Below are positions 27,193 through 37,341 of a DNA stretch of 64,000 nucleotides, piece by piece. Within the stretch, counting starts at the first letter, position 1. Each line of letters starts with the position of its first letter. A model generated the notes under the pieces. The model ran no database searches, had not been told where the DNA came from, and saw nothing but the letters and a program-made list of their open reading frames with translations. The stretch comes from Dehalococcoidia bacterium (GTDB taxonomy: Bacteria; Chloroflexota; Dehalococcoidia; GIF9; UBA5629): positions 192,001 to 256,000 of the forward strand of contig JBEKIW010000003.1 of the NCBI GenBank assembly GCA_050011565.1, written 5' to 3'. A program made the position numbers and the translations under genes.

Positions 27193-30100
27193 ATGAAAAC
27201 GAAATATCCTAAACTATTCGGTCTCCTGGCGATGCTGATGCTGGTAGCCAGCTTCGTGGTGCCGACCAGTTTGGTCAACCCATCAGCAGTTCAGGCTGAC
27301 CCCGGCATGTGCAAATGGGATAACTTGGCGGAACCGGGATCAGCGCCCGTACTGAACAACATCACTCCCAATGAAATACTCGACTACTCTATCGCCAGTG
27401 ACGGGACCAACATGAGCGCCATAGTACGTATACCCAGCACTGCATTGGGAGGGGTAAACGTACTGATGAATTCACCGGCGTATACGGGTCTGTTCTGGTC
27501 ACTCGCCAAATACCCCGATCTGGCCGGGACGCCTGGCTTTTACGTGGGAGCCGTCCCACGCATGCTGTACCAGGTAATCTATGCCCCGGACGACCCCAAC
27601 TTCTTCGCTGTGACCAGCGATGGTTCAGCTGCTGCAGACTTATTCAAAGGCCCTAAAGAGGTGTGGGTCACGCGGAACAATGGCGGTACCTGGGAAAACG
27701 CCCAACTGCAGGGCAAACTGACAGCAGTAGGTGAGACCATCCGCTGCATCGACGTCTCAGTCGATTACGGCGGCAGGCGCGATATCGTCGTCGGTACGGT
27801 AAATGGTGCCGGCGCCGGCAAGCTCATAGTAGTTAAGTCAACCGGCTTCAGCGGCTGGGTGACACAGGTTACCACTGCTCTGGGCACTGTCGATTTCTTT
27901 GCCGCTAAGTTCTCGCCGAGCTATCCCAGCGATGGTTCGCTAGCGGTCGTCTTCGCTGACCTTACCAAGACTTATTACAACGTCGCCCTGCGCGACCTCG
28001 ATGCTAACACGATTATTAGCTGGGCATTCACCACGCCGGGCGTGGAAGTTGTAGACCCCACTAAGGCCGGCACGTCACCCGGTTATCTCGAGCTGAACAA
28101 GGCCGACCTTGAGCTGCCCTCCGACTTCTCGGGTCAGGCGGCATCACTGCGCCGCGCCTACATCAGCCTCGACACCTATAACTGTGGCGCAGCTAAGGCT
28201 GCCTGGGACGGTATCGTCCGCATAGACGACACTACCGTCTATGTCCTCATGGACACCTCAGGCATGCCCGACAAGTCCATTTACAGCATCGCCTACTTCG
28301 GCACCTATGCCTCAGGCAAGCTGCTGGCCGGCGAGCGAATGGGCTATCCGTGTGATGCAACCGTGCCCACGTGGTTTACCGATTCACCGACAACCTGCCC
28401 CGTCCCCTGCTGGTATCCGTGCCTTAAATGTCCTACCGGCGCTGCCTGCGGTGCTGGTGCCTGCAACTGCCCTGGCCTTTTCAACTGCGCACCAGGGTCC
28501 AAGACTGGCGTCGGTGCTGCTCTCGTTGCGTGGAGGCCTAACGGCCAGCTGGCATTCGTCGGCACCGGCGGGCTAGCCGCTGCTATGGGCGCAACCTGGT
28601 GGAGGTGCTTGTCGACTGGTGCCGTAACACCATGCGACGAGTCTGCCTTTGCCATCAGCCGCAACAACGGTGAGACCTGGAACGAGGTTGCACTCATCGA
28701 TACTAAGATAACCAAGTTTACCGATGTAGCGCCCTCGGCTGACTGCCAGACCGTTTACCTGGCTTCGGTCAACACAGGCTGCACGATCACTACTGGCGGG
28801 TGCATCTTTAAGCAACAAATACAATGTGACAACTCTACACTACCTTTACCTACTTTTAAGGACCTCGGGCAATTAGGTGGAGGTTACCCAAATTCGGCTA
28901 ATTGCACCGGCTGCGGTTATAATACCTATACCATCCTGTCGATGGCTACTGGCGGGTGGAACCCGGTTACCTGCAAGTGCGATTACACCATTAGTGGTAA
29001 CATCACATTTGACATGCCCTGTGCTCCGGGCTGCTGGACGGTCGTCCCGTTCTCCACTTCGGGCTCAATGCCCTGTGCCACATCGACAAATATCACTGTC
29101 ACCTTACCCTGCCAAGCCAGTATCTGCTGCCCTACTACTATTACTGAGGGTTGCTGCGGCTTCGACAGCGTGTGGCGCACCAGCAGCAATGCTGACGTGG
29201 TGGCACCTATTGCCAATCTGCCCGTAGGCACGATCTGGGAGAGGGTATGGACCCACGTAACTGCAGCAAATTGCAATTTACCACAGTCAAACGTGGCGCT
29301 GTTGAGGTTGGTGCCTTATTGCGCCGACCCGACCGGCGAAATAGTCGGCTGGGGCGTTTACGGTAAAAATGTAGCCTTCTGGTCGCCTGACTTCGGTGAT
29401 TACTGGGCTCCGATAACGGTGCGGAATACTATCCAAGACTTCACCTTTGAGTCCAGGACAATGCTGTACTTCCTCAGCCCCACCGGTCTGGTTCAGAAGA
29501 TGCCGTTCACCGGCACCTCCTGGTCAACCTCTCTGCCTAGCTATGATTCAAGTACAAACCCGGCTCATAGCATCGCCGCTCAGCCAACAGGCAAAGTCCT
29601 GGTTGGCAAGGGTGACGGAGGCGCGTATGCCGGTGCATTCAGCTTTAACATGGACACCGATAACCCGACGTTCGGGTCATGGTTAACAGCTGGACCCATA
29701 CTGGGTGGCGCTGTACATGTCGCCTTCGATCCTAACTTCGATGACAACAGCATCATCTATCTCGACCAAGAAGGTCCTGGTGGCTCGGTGTATCGAAACA
29801 ACCCCACATCGCAGCTAAGATGGACAGATATGGACATGCTGGCTGCTGCTAACGGCGCTGTTGGCTGCCTCCCTCTCAACCCTGCCTCAGGCTTTAGCGG
29901 TATATTTCTCGCCTACACCGGCCAAGCTCTGTACGCATCCAGCCAAGTTCCAGGCTGGGGTGTCTTCCGCATCATCGATGACGGCACCGGCAAATACGGT
30001 CCGCTCTCCGGCTTCCCCAAGCCGGGCATCGCCTGGGATCAGCTAACCGGAGTAGGACTTCCCGTCGATGTGGTATTCACAGCTCAGCCTACTGCACTCA

Positions 30101-31056
30101 AGGCATGCGGCTGCTGCACCCTGGACACCGATACCACGCTGTATGCCATTGACGACAGGCCTTACGGAGGGCCCCTTACGAATGTTGGCAAGATCTGGAG
30201 GTTCACCGACTGCCTGGCCAAGAGAGGCCCAAGCCTGGTTACCGAGGATAAGGTTCTCATTGGCTGCGACCCGGTATCCGGCAGGGCTGGTGAAGTCAAC
30301 CTGTGCTGGGAGCAACTCTGCGTGGCTAACGGGTACGATATCGAAGTCGCTAAGGATGCCAACTTCACCATTAGAGTTTTAGACTGGATGGACGAAGGAT
30401 GTACCATTAGCCCATTCGAGCCCGCTGATGTGACCACTCCTTGCGCCTATGTACCGGCTGGCGGCATAGTCTCGGGCAGCTCCGCGATTGGTAGCACCTA
30501 TTTCTACACGGGCAACCTCGAATGCGGACACACGTACTACTTCCGTGTCAGGGCTCGCGAGTGCGCCACTGGCGCGTTTGCCCGCAGCCCGTGGTCTGAG
30601 GTCAGAAGCTTCACCGTCAAGGCTGGCTACCCAGTTGTCAGCCAGTACCCTGGCCTGCAACTTCTGGCACCAGCCAACGGCAGCCTGGGCATCCCGGTCA
30701 AGTCAGTATCCTTCTCGTGGTCACCGTTTGGGGATGCCACGAAGTACAAGTTCGTACTGGCTAAGGACTCGAACATGACCCAGGTCGTCAAAGAGGCTGA
30801 GACTACCAACACCGCCTACGGGTACGATGGTACGCTGGACTACAGCACCAACTACTTCTGGCGAGTAATGGCTACCGAACCAGCTCCGAGCGATTGGTCA
30901 GCTACCTTCAGCTTCCAGACGGAGCCGCAACCTGCGCCTCCATCGGAAAAAGCACCAGTAGCTCCAACCCCAATTTGGGTTTGGGTTGTTATCGCTATCG
31001 GCGCTATTCTCGTCATCGTCACCCTGGTACTCATCTTCAAGACGCGCCGGGTGTGA
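27193..31056 (+). CDS. Large Cys-rich S-layer-like surface protein (Asp-box/BNR propeller, C-terminal Fn3-like domains, TM anchor)
   Basis: AGGAGG RBS, signal peptide, Asp-boxes (TRNNGGTW, SRNNGETW, SPDFGDYW), about 44 Cys, TPIWVW-TM-KTRR end, long leader and strong terminator. Confidence 0.8.
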   Translation: MKTKYPKLFGLLAMLMLVASFVVPTSLVNPSAVQADPGMCKWDNLAEPGSAPVLNNITPNEILDYSIASDGTNMSAIVRIPSTALGGVNVLMNSPAYTGLFWSLAKYPDLAGTPGFYVGAVPRMLYQVIYAPDDPNFFAVTSDGSAAADLFKGPKEVWVTRNNGGTWENAQLQGKLTAVGETIRCIDVSVDYGGRRDIVVGTVNGAGAGKLIVVKSTGFSGWVTQVTTALGTVDFFAAKFSPSYPSDGSLAVVFADLTKTYYNVALRDLDANTIISWAFTTPGVEVVDPTKAGTSPGYLELNKADLELPSDFSGQAASLRRAYISLDTYNCGAAKAAWDGIVRIDDTTVYVLMDTSGMPDKSIYSIAYFGTYASGKLLAGERMGYPCDATVPTWFTDSPTTCPVPCWYPCLKCPTGAACGAGACNCPGLFNCAPGSKTGVGAALVAWRPNGQLAFVGTGGLAAAMGATWWRCLSTGAVTPCDESAFAISRNNGETWNEVALIDTKITKFTDVAPSADCQTVYLASVNTGCTITTGGCIFKQQIQCDNSTLPLPTFKDLGQLGGGYPNSANCTGCGYNTYTILSMATGGWNPVTCKCDYTISGNITFDMPCAPGCWTVVPFSTSGSMPCATSTNITVTLPCQASICCPTTITEGCCGFDSVWRTSSNADVVAPIANLPVGTIWERVWTHVTAANCNLPQSNVALLRLVPYCADPTGEIVGWGVYGKNVAFWSPDFGDYWAPITVRNTIQDFTFESRTMLYFLSPTGLVQKMPFTGTSWSTSLPSYDSSTNPAHSIAAQPTGKVLVGKGDGGAYAGAFSFNMDTDNPTFGSWLTAGPILGGAVHVAFDPNFDDNSIIYLDQEGPGGSVYRNNPTSQLRWTDMDMLAAANGAVGCLPLNPASGFSGIFLAYTGQALYASSQVPGWGVFRIIDDGTGKYGPLSGFPKPGIAWDQLTGVGLPVDVVFTAQPTALKACGCCTLDTDTTLYAIDDRPYGGPLTNVGKIWRFTDCLAKRGPSLVTEDKVLIGCDPVSGRAGEVNLCWEQLCVANGYDIEVAKDANFTIRVLDWMDEGCTISPFEPADVTTPCAYVPAGGIVSGSSAIGSTYFYTGNLECGHTYYFRVRARECATGAFARSPWSEVRSFTVKAGYPVVSQYPGLQLLAPANGSLGIPVKSVSFSWSPFGDATKYKFVLAKDSNMTQVVKEAETTNTAYGYDGTLDYSTNYFWRVMATEPAPSDWSATFSFQTEPQPAPPSEKAPVAPTPIWVWVVIAIGAILVIVTLVLIFKTRRV

Positions 31057-31078
31057 TCCTTACCTGCTTGAGATAAGC

Positions 31079-31114
31079 AAAAAGGGAGGTGGCATAAGCC
31101 ACCTCCCTTTCTTA
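31079..31114 (+). terminator. Rho-independent terminator of the S-layer-like gene
   Basis: aaagggaggtggc-ataa-gccacctcccttt followed by a T-rich tract. Confidence 0.85.
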
Positions 31115-31544
31115 TTTCCGCCGATATCGCATAGATTGGTGCATCTGCTCTCGTGTCACCGCAACATGTAGCCTCGACCTTCCCATCGGCGATATCCCCG
31201 TAACCTTCATAATCGATGTAATCCTCATAGGGCAAATTTGCGATCGAGGGCCTTACGTCGGCAATATTACGATGACGGTATATGATTTCAATAGGCGGCG
31301 CATCTGAAAACCGCTGAGGATGACGTAACGGTACTAAAGTTCGTTGAATTCCAGGACTAAAGTATCGTCTACGGATAAACAAATCCACACCATATTCCGT
31401 TATCCTATTTAGGGATTGACAAGATTACGGTCATACTAAAAGGAGGTGATATTTTTTTGCAGGTAAGAGTTTCGGCTTAAAGGCAGGGTTTCCACCGCAT
31501 CAATGTAGGCTAAACGGAAATAATATTAATAAATGGAGGTGAAT

Positions 31545-32765
31545 ATGAATACGCAAAAATGGTTTCTTGTCTTAATCGCCATATCGTTGTTAGCGCTGAT
31601 TGGCTCCGCCGCCGGCTGCGGTGCAGCGGCACCGGCAACATCGGCTGCCATGCCAACCATCAGCTCCTTTGGCGCCAGCCCGCCGAGCATCAATCAGGGG
31701 CAGCAGACCACGCTTAGCTGGAACGTATCCGGTGCCACCACGCTTACCATACAGCCCGATATCGGTAGTGTAGGCCCATCAGGTTCGCTTACGCTGACCC
31801 CCAATGCTACTATCAGCTACACACTGACAGCCAGCAACGAGGCCGGTAGCACCACCGGTTCTGCTACCGTAAACGTGACGCCGGTGGTCGCCGGTAAGCC
31901 TGATCTGGTCATTACAGATTTCTATCTCATGTCCAGTCAGGTCTATTACGTAATAAAGAATCAGGGTAATGCCGAGGCGCAACCAACACAGACAGATTTT
32001 TATATTGCCTATATTAACCAATCTGCAGAAACAGTCACCTGGCTTAAACAGACCAGTAACTTCGTAGACAAGCTGGCGCCGGGAGAGGAAAGGATACAGC
32101 GCTTTTCCAATTTCGATTGGACCTTTGGGTCTGTGAACCCTATTGTAGGAACGTCCATCACCTATAACGTCCGGGCCTGCGCTAATGCCAATAATTCTAT
32201 CGCAGAGAGCAATACGGGCAACAACTGCCTGGTCAAAGTCTGGGGGACGGGCTTCACCTACGATTTCGTAAAACAGGCGCATCTGGCTAAGTGGACGAAC
32301 GGCATCGATACCCTCCGCTGGCCAATGTCCTCCAAGGACGTTAACGGCGCCGCCTATTTAATTAGCTATAACCCCATGCTGGTAATATGCCCCGAGCAAG
32401 TAAACAACGGCTGGATAATGGGTAAATTCGGCGATTTTTATAGTGATCCAGAGACCCGCGCGGCCATGGTACGCGATATTGAAATACCGCTGCTGGCAGA
32501 GTTTACCTCCAGGGTTGGCTTTGCTCCGGGCACAACATCCCCCGATGGAGTCACCGTCGCCCTTGGTTACTACGATGATATGGGCAGCCTCGTATTTTTT
32601 GACAAGATGCCCGTCATGAGCGATGGGCAAATGCACGACTACAACGTCGACCTTGGTAATATGGCGGCGAAGCACACCCAGTTTGTGCTCTGGGTTCAAG
32701 CGAACGGCTCTCCGCAGGGCACCTGCTTGAGGTGGGAGGCACCCAAGATAACTCAAAAAGAATAG
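31545..32765 (+). CDS. CARDB/Ig-like domain lipoprotein
   Basis: Lipobox SAAGC, Ig-like domain, KPDLVITD...IKNQG...ESNTGNN CARDB motif. Confidence 0.8.
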   Translation: MNTQKWFLVLIAISLLALIGSAAGCGAAAPATSAAMPTISSFGASPPSINQGQQTTLSWNVSGATTLTIQPDIGSVGPSGSLTLTPNATISYTLTASNEAGSTTGSATVNVTPVVAGKPDLVITDFYLMSSQVYYVIKNQGNAEAQPTQTDFYIAYINQSAETVTWLKQTSNFVDKLAPGEERIQRFSNFDWTFGSVNPIVGTSITYNVRACANANNSIAESNTGNNCLVKVWGTGFTYDFVKQAHLAKWTNGIDTLRWPMSSKDVNGAAYLISYNPMLVICPEQVNNGWIMGKFGDFYSDPETRAAMVRDIEIPLLAEFTSRVGFAPGTTSPDGVTVALGYYDDMGSLVFFDKMPVMSDGQMHDYNVDLGNMAAKHTQFVLWVQANGSPQGTCLRWEAPKITQKE

Positions 32766-32888
32766 CAATAGATGTAATAGCACGCTTTTAGCGTTGCCGC
32801 GGCGGGGCTTAAAGCCCCGCCCTCCCTTTTCCCCTGCTGACTACAGGCATAGAGTGGAGCCTCCGCCGCAATTCCGCCCGGAGCGGCA

Positions 32889-32956
32889 AAATGTAGCCTC
32901 GACCTTTTAAGGTCAAGGTCGCGAGGCTAAAGCCTCGTGGCTACATGCTTAACAAA
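32889..32956. repeat. GTAG-type REP-like double hairpin, copy 4
   Basis: Matches 23371-23438. Confidence 0.85.
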
Positions 32957-33152
32957 TCGCAAATCCCGAGCACCAAACCCCAAACAGATTCAAAGCCCCA
33001 AATACGAATGACTCAATCATACCTATCACCGTAATCTCTTTTTCATCTTTGTAATCTTTCTATTTGTCCTTTGATTGTTAACTTTTGGTTTTTCCTTTCG
33101 TTTGACACATATTCTAACCACACCTATAATGCCCGTAAAAACCGGAGGCCGG

Positions 33153-34358
33153 ATGATGAAACATAAATGGTATTTAACGCTTATCGCCATATCTCTCGCC
33201 GCCCTAATCGGCTCAATTACCGGCTGCATAACTATCGTCACACAGGAGCCGGCACCTGCCACGGAGCAGCCGGTATCTCCACCGACAATCAACTCCTTTA
33301 CCGCCAGCCCGACTAGCGTCAGTCAGGGGCAGCGTACTACGCTGAGCTGGGACGTTTCCGGTGCCGCCACGATTACCATACAGCCCGAAATCGGCACCGC
33401 AGGGCCTAGCGGCTCGCTACAGCTAACACCAAATGCTTCCGTCACCTATATGCTGACAGCTACCAATCAGGCCGGCAGCACCACCAGATCCGTCTCTGTA
33501 GCAGTCACGCCTGGCTTTGCCGGCAAGCCAGACCTGGTGATTACGGATATCTGGCTAAGTGGAAGCCAGGTCAATTATAAGATAGCCAACATCGGCAGCG
33601 GCGATGCCAAATCGAGCCAGTCCTATCTATACACAAATGACGTCAAGCAAGCCGATGACTGGGTGGAACCGCTGGCCGCGGGTGAGGAAAGAACCACGTC
33701 CTTTCCTAATTACGACTGGAAAATCGAGACGGGCGCCAACCCTGTCTCTGGAGATTTCTCCACACACTATGTTAAGGTCTGTGCCGATGCCGAAGATAGC
33801 ATTGAGGAAAGCGACAAGGGCAACAACTGCCTGACCAAAAACTGGGGGCAGACGTTTACCTACGACTTCGTGCAGAACGCACACCTGGCAGAATGGAGGA
33901 GCGGCGCCGCCGTAATCACCTGGCCTAAGTTTGCCGGCAATCAAGCGGGAGCCGCCTACTTAGAGGGCAATGCATTGATAATGTGCCCCGAGCAGGTTAG
34001 TAATGGCTGGATACAAGGCAGATTCGCCGATTTCTACTACGACCCCATCACCAAGACAACGCGCAGCAGCTTGCTTAAAGTGCCGGAGAATGCCAGGTTC
34101 ACTGCTCAAGTGGGCTTTAAAACGGGAGCCACATCCACCGACGGAGTAGTAATCGCCCTCGGTTACCTGGACGAAGCCGGCGGCATTGTGCTATTACCTA
34201 AGATTGAACTTTATCCAGGTGATAAATCACGGGCTTACACAATCGATTTAAGCAATCTGGCAGGTAAGCAAACCGAGTTCATACTTCGAGTAGAAGCCAA
34301 AGGTACCCCTGAGGGAGACTGCGTGCGTTGGGTGGAACCCAAGATAGTCCAGGAGTAG
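33153..34358 (+). CDS. CARDB/Ig-like domain lipoprotein, tandem paralog of 31545-32765
   Basis: Lipobox SITGC; colinear similarity (KPDLVITD, FTYDFV, CPEQVxNGWI); GGAGG RBS. Confidence 0.8.
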   Translation: MMKHKWYLTLIAISLAALIGSITGCITIVTQEPAPATEQPVSPPTINSFTASPTSVSQGQRTTLSWDVSGAATITIQPEIGTAGPSGSLQLTPNASVTYMLTATNQAGSTTRSVSVAVTPGFAGKPDLVITDIWLSGSQVNYKIANIGSGDAKSSQSYLYTNDVKQADDWVEPLAAGEERTTSFPNYDWKIETGANPVSGDFSTHYVKVCADAEDSIEESDKGNNCLTKNWGQTFTYDFVQNAHLAEWRSGAAVITWPKFAGNQAGAAYLEGNALIMCPEQVSNGWIQGRFADFYYDPITKTTRSSLLKVPENARFTAQVGFKTGATSTDGVVIALGYLDEAGGIVLLPKIELYPGDKSRAYTIDLSNLAGKQTEFILRVEAKGTPEGDCVRWVEPKIVQE

Positions 34359-34695
34359 CGGATGTGGAACCAATCTTGTCCAGAGCAGCCAGTGTACTCG
34401 CGACCCTAAAAGGTCGCAATTAAAAATATCATTCAGAAGCTTTTTTTCTGCCATTTCCAAGAGCATCCCTTTTTCTGTCATTGCTGCAGTCTCTCCACCC
34501 CTCCTAGATTGCCACGCTTCGGTTGCAATCACCATCGAATGTAGGAATAGAACTTCAGGTCTGTCCGCCCCACAAATCACAAAACGCAGGCACCAGAGAC
34601 CAAATAAATTCAAAAACACACTAATTAAAAACTAGGTAGTGTATCATTTTCAAATCTGGTATAATATAGTGCAAATCGATAGAGGTAGATATAAA

Positions 34696-34851
34696 GTGAA
34701 AATACCGAAACAAAGCGACGGGAATCCCGCCAGACCGGTTCGTGTTAAAAATGGTTTAGGACTTCGGCCAAATAAATCAGGCAAAGGGGCGATGGTTGTA
34801 CCTCCGAAACGCATACCTCTTCCGAAGTTCAGCCCACCTAAAAATAGTTAA
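34696..34851 (+). CDS. Small basic Pro/Lys-rich peptide inside the IS end
   Basis: GAGGT RBS, GTG start, TATAAT upstream; convergent with the transposase. Confidence 0.35.
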   Translation: MKIPKQSDGNPARPVRVKNGLGLRPNKSGKGAMVVPPKRIPLPKFSPPKNS

Positions 34852-35684
34852 TTTACCAGTCTGACTAGTTCATCAATTCCCCAAACATGGTCAGTTAATC
34901 CTGCTGCCATTGCCGGAGTTCTCGGATAAGGATAAGCCAGTGTCTTATGCGGTCTAGCGAAGTTATAATGCATAAAATATAAAGCTAGAGCGTATACATG
35001 GTTTTCCAGTTTCTTAGAAAAAGCATTTGTTAGCCTAGTAAATCTTCTCATGCTCATTCTCATTGTTAGATTCTGACGCTCTGCAAAACTAGTAGATATT
35101 TGGGCGGGGTCGGGATTCCCCTGAATAACTTGTTTTTCTGCCGCAATGCAAGCAGCGGGGCCATAGCGTTTTTCAGTTTCTGACTCAAGCCCATAGAGTT
35201 TAATTAGCATTGCATAATCCACCTCAGAGCCAAAGGCATCCTCAATAGCCCACAAGTAGACCTTGTGACCGTCTGTGGTAATTTGAACACGATTAGCTAG
35301 TCTGTTTTTTAGGTCATTCATAAACGGATAAGCATAACTAGCATCCCTCAATCCCACCAGCCAGCAGGGTACTAGCTTTGTGTCTGCGTCTATGGCTGTC
35401 CACGTCCATACATCGCCATACCCGAATTCGCCATTATGTTCTTCCGGCACATTTTTGTCTTTTGAATAAACAAAGCTCCATATTTCGTCACATTGTATGT
35501 GCGTACATGGTAAGTCATGCATTACCTTGTCCTGATATTCCAGGCAGGCTGCACCGACCTCTCTGAGCAATTTGACGACTGTATTGATGGCAGTGTCAGT
35601 TATACGGGCGGTACTGCGTATCGAGTTGCCTTCACAGAGTACCTTGATAACTTGAGCTTTGCGTTCTATACTGAGCTTATTCAT
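34848..35684 (-). CDS. IS1-family DDE transposase
   Basis: EGNSIRSTAR HTH, QCDEIWSFV, ITTDGH, STSFAERQNLTMR, RRFTRLTNAFSKK. Confidence 0.93.
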   Translation of the reverse strand: MNKLSIERKAQVIKVLCEGNSIRSTARITDTAINTVVKLLREVGAACLEYQDKVMHDLPCTHIQCDEIWSFVYSKDKNVPEEHNGEFGYGDVWTWTAIDADTKLVPCWLVGLRDASYAYPFMNDLKNRLANRVQITTDGHKVYLWAIEDAFGSEVDYAMLIKLYGLESETEKRYGPAACIAAEKQVIQGNPDPAQISTSFAERQNLTMRMSMRRFTRLTNAFSKKLENHVYALALYFMHYNFARPHKTLAYPYPRTPAMAAGLTDHVWGIDELVRLVN

Positions 35685-35808
35685 TATTGTATTTCCTATT
35701 CCTAATTGACTATATTATAACACATCGCTTAAGCATTGTCAATAGGAATATAACAATAATGTTATTATACAATAACATTTGACAAAATAACAATATTGTG
35801 ATAGCATA

Positions 35809-36225
35809 ATGCCGCAAGCTAAGATAACTCCTAAATGGACATTTTTGGATTATGTTGATAGGACTGGTGTTAACAGGATTAGCGAATGGCTACAGTCAAT
35901 CCCAATTGATGCACGAGTGGAATTCGAGGTGTTGCTTGATATGTTGAGGGGTAAATGTATATTAACTAGACCTGAGACCGGAAAGCTGTATAAGGCACTT
36001 GATGGACTCTACGAATTCGTTTTCAAAGTTAGCAACGTACAATATCGTCCGATATTTTGTTATGGGCCAGACACTAAAGCACGGGAAATCACTATACTGG
36101 TTGGTGCAACAAAGAAGAACAACCGATTTATCCCAGCCGGTGTAGGTATTACAGCAATGTCTAGGGCAAAAGAAATTTGGGCTGGAGACAGAAAGAAGGT
36201 GGTACGCCATGTACGAATCAGCTGA
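35809..36225 (+). CDS. RelE/HigB (Gp49-like) type II toxin
   Basis: EWLQSI...LDGLYEF...VQYRPIFCY...ILVGATKK; TTGACA-17-TAGCAT promoter directly before the ATG. Confidence 0.78.
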   Translation: MPQAKITPKWTFLDYVDRTGVNRISEWLQSIPIDARVEFEVLLDMLRGKCILTRPETGKLYKALDGLYEFVFKVSNVQYRPIFCYGPDTKAREITILVGATKKNNRFIPAGVGITAMSRAKEIWAGDRKKVVRHVRIS

Positions 36226-36715
36226 AGAAAAAGAATTATCCGATTACTTGAGCAATCCTGAAGTCCGCCATCTATATATTGATAGCAGCATTCGTCATTT
36301 GCTTGCTATGCAGTTAAGGTCGATGCGAGAGACTAAGGAATGGTCACAAATTGAAGTCGGTAATAAAGCTGGTATGAAACAATCCGCTATCGCCCGTCTA
36401 GAAGACCCAAGATACAGCAGCATGACGTTATCCACTCTCAAACGATTAGCCAAGGCTTTTGATGTTGCTCTCATAGTTCGCTTTGCGCCCTTCAGTGAAT
36501 TCATCTCTTGGACTACACAAATAGCTGAACCACGCCTATCTCCACCTAGTTTTAGCGAAGAACGGAATTATGCCTTGGCATTGGTTTCGGCGGCTGTGGA
36601 TGCAAATAGCATTTTCAATTTTAGTATGCCAACGGCAAGTACATACGCATGCCCCGCAAGGACTGAAAAGGAGAAGGAGTTCGCTTATGCAGGAAGAATT
36701 TCGTCAACGTCTTGA
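36209..36715 (+). CDS. XRE-HTH antitoxin (HigA-like) with long C-terminal extension
   Basis: QLRSMRETKEWSQIEVGNKAGMKQSAIARLE...TLKRLAKAFD; overlaps the toxin stop. Confidence 0.85.
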   Translation: MYESAEEKELSDYLSNPEVRHLYIDSSIRHLLAMQLRSMRETKEWSQIEVGNKAGMKQSAIARLEDPRYSSMTLSTLKRLAKAFDVALIVRFAPFSEFISWTTQIAEPRLSPPSFSEERNYALALVSAAVDANSIFNFSMPTASTYACPARTEKEKEFAYAGRISSTS

Positions 36716-37115
36716 AAAGGAATATCGCTATGCTGTAACCAAAATGCAGGAGGTAACTCAGTTAGCAAGTAAACTGTTCTATTTTAGTGTCTTTTTTGGA
36801 GAGGCACAGCGTGTACTTAATTGGGAATGGAACACTGACCTCGCACTCATACATATGGTTACTAAGCAAGTTTATACGGAAATCAATACCACGATACAAA
36901 TGTCTGGACCTGGGCAAACGCCCCCTATTGATTGGACAACCGTTTCTGATAAATTGACCCAAGTTGCCTCTGACCTTGCCACTCACTTTGAGAGGGCAGA
37001 GAATGAGGGTAGTAAAGAAGAACTGCACCGAATATTAGGGCACTTCGCTGAAGTCGCCTATGCCGTTTCAGGGAACGGTAGTTATTTGTATGAGAAAGGG
37101 TCTTTTAAGCTTTAG
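36687..37115 (+). CDS. Hypothetical helical protein, third gene of the TA operon
   Basis: AAGGAG RBS, ATG at 36687 overlapping the antitoxin 3' end; 142 aa. Confidence 0.7.
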   Translation: MQEEFRQRLEKEYRYAVTKMQEVTQLASKLFYFSVFFGEAQRVLNWEWNTDLALIHMVTKQVYTEINTTIQMSGPGQTPPIDWTTVSDKLTQVASDLATHFERAENEGSKEELHRILGHFAEVAYAVSGNGSYLYEKGSFKL

Positions 37116-37341
37116 TCTTCCAACGTGCTTGGGCTGCTTTCTTTGCTATCTCGCTTCGTTCTTCGGGTGTTAATTTTTCAGCTCTAGCCTTACCGCCTTT
37201 TAGACCGCCAGCATGTCCTAGAGCCTTATAATCATATTCCTTACGTGCTTTCTTGGGTTGTTCAATTTGACCTGTAGCCTCTTGGACTACTCGGAAGGCA
37301 GTAACAGCAAAATCATGGTCTCGCTTCTTTTTCCTTTCCAT
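37105..37341 (-). CDS. Small basic KGG-motif protein associated with this IS1 group
   Basis: LGHAGGLKGGKARAEKLTPEERSEIAKKAAQARW. Confidence 0.75.
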   Translation of the reverse strand: MERKKKRDHDFAVTAFRVVQEATGQIEQPKKARKEYDYKALGHAGGLKGGKARAEKLTPEERSEIAKKAAQARWKTKA

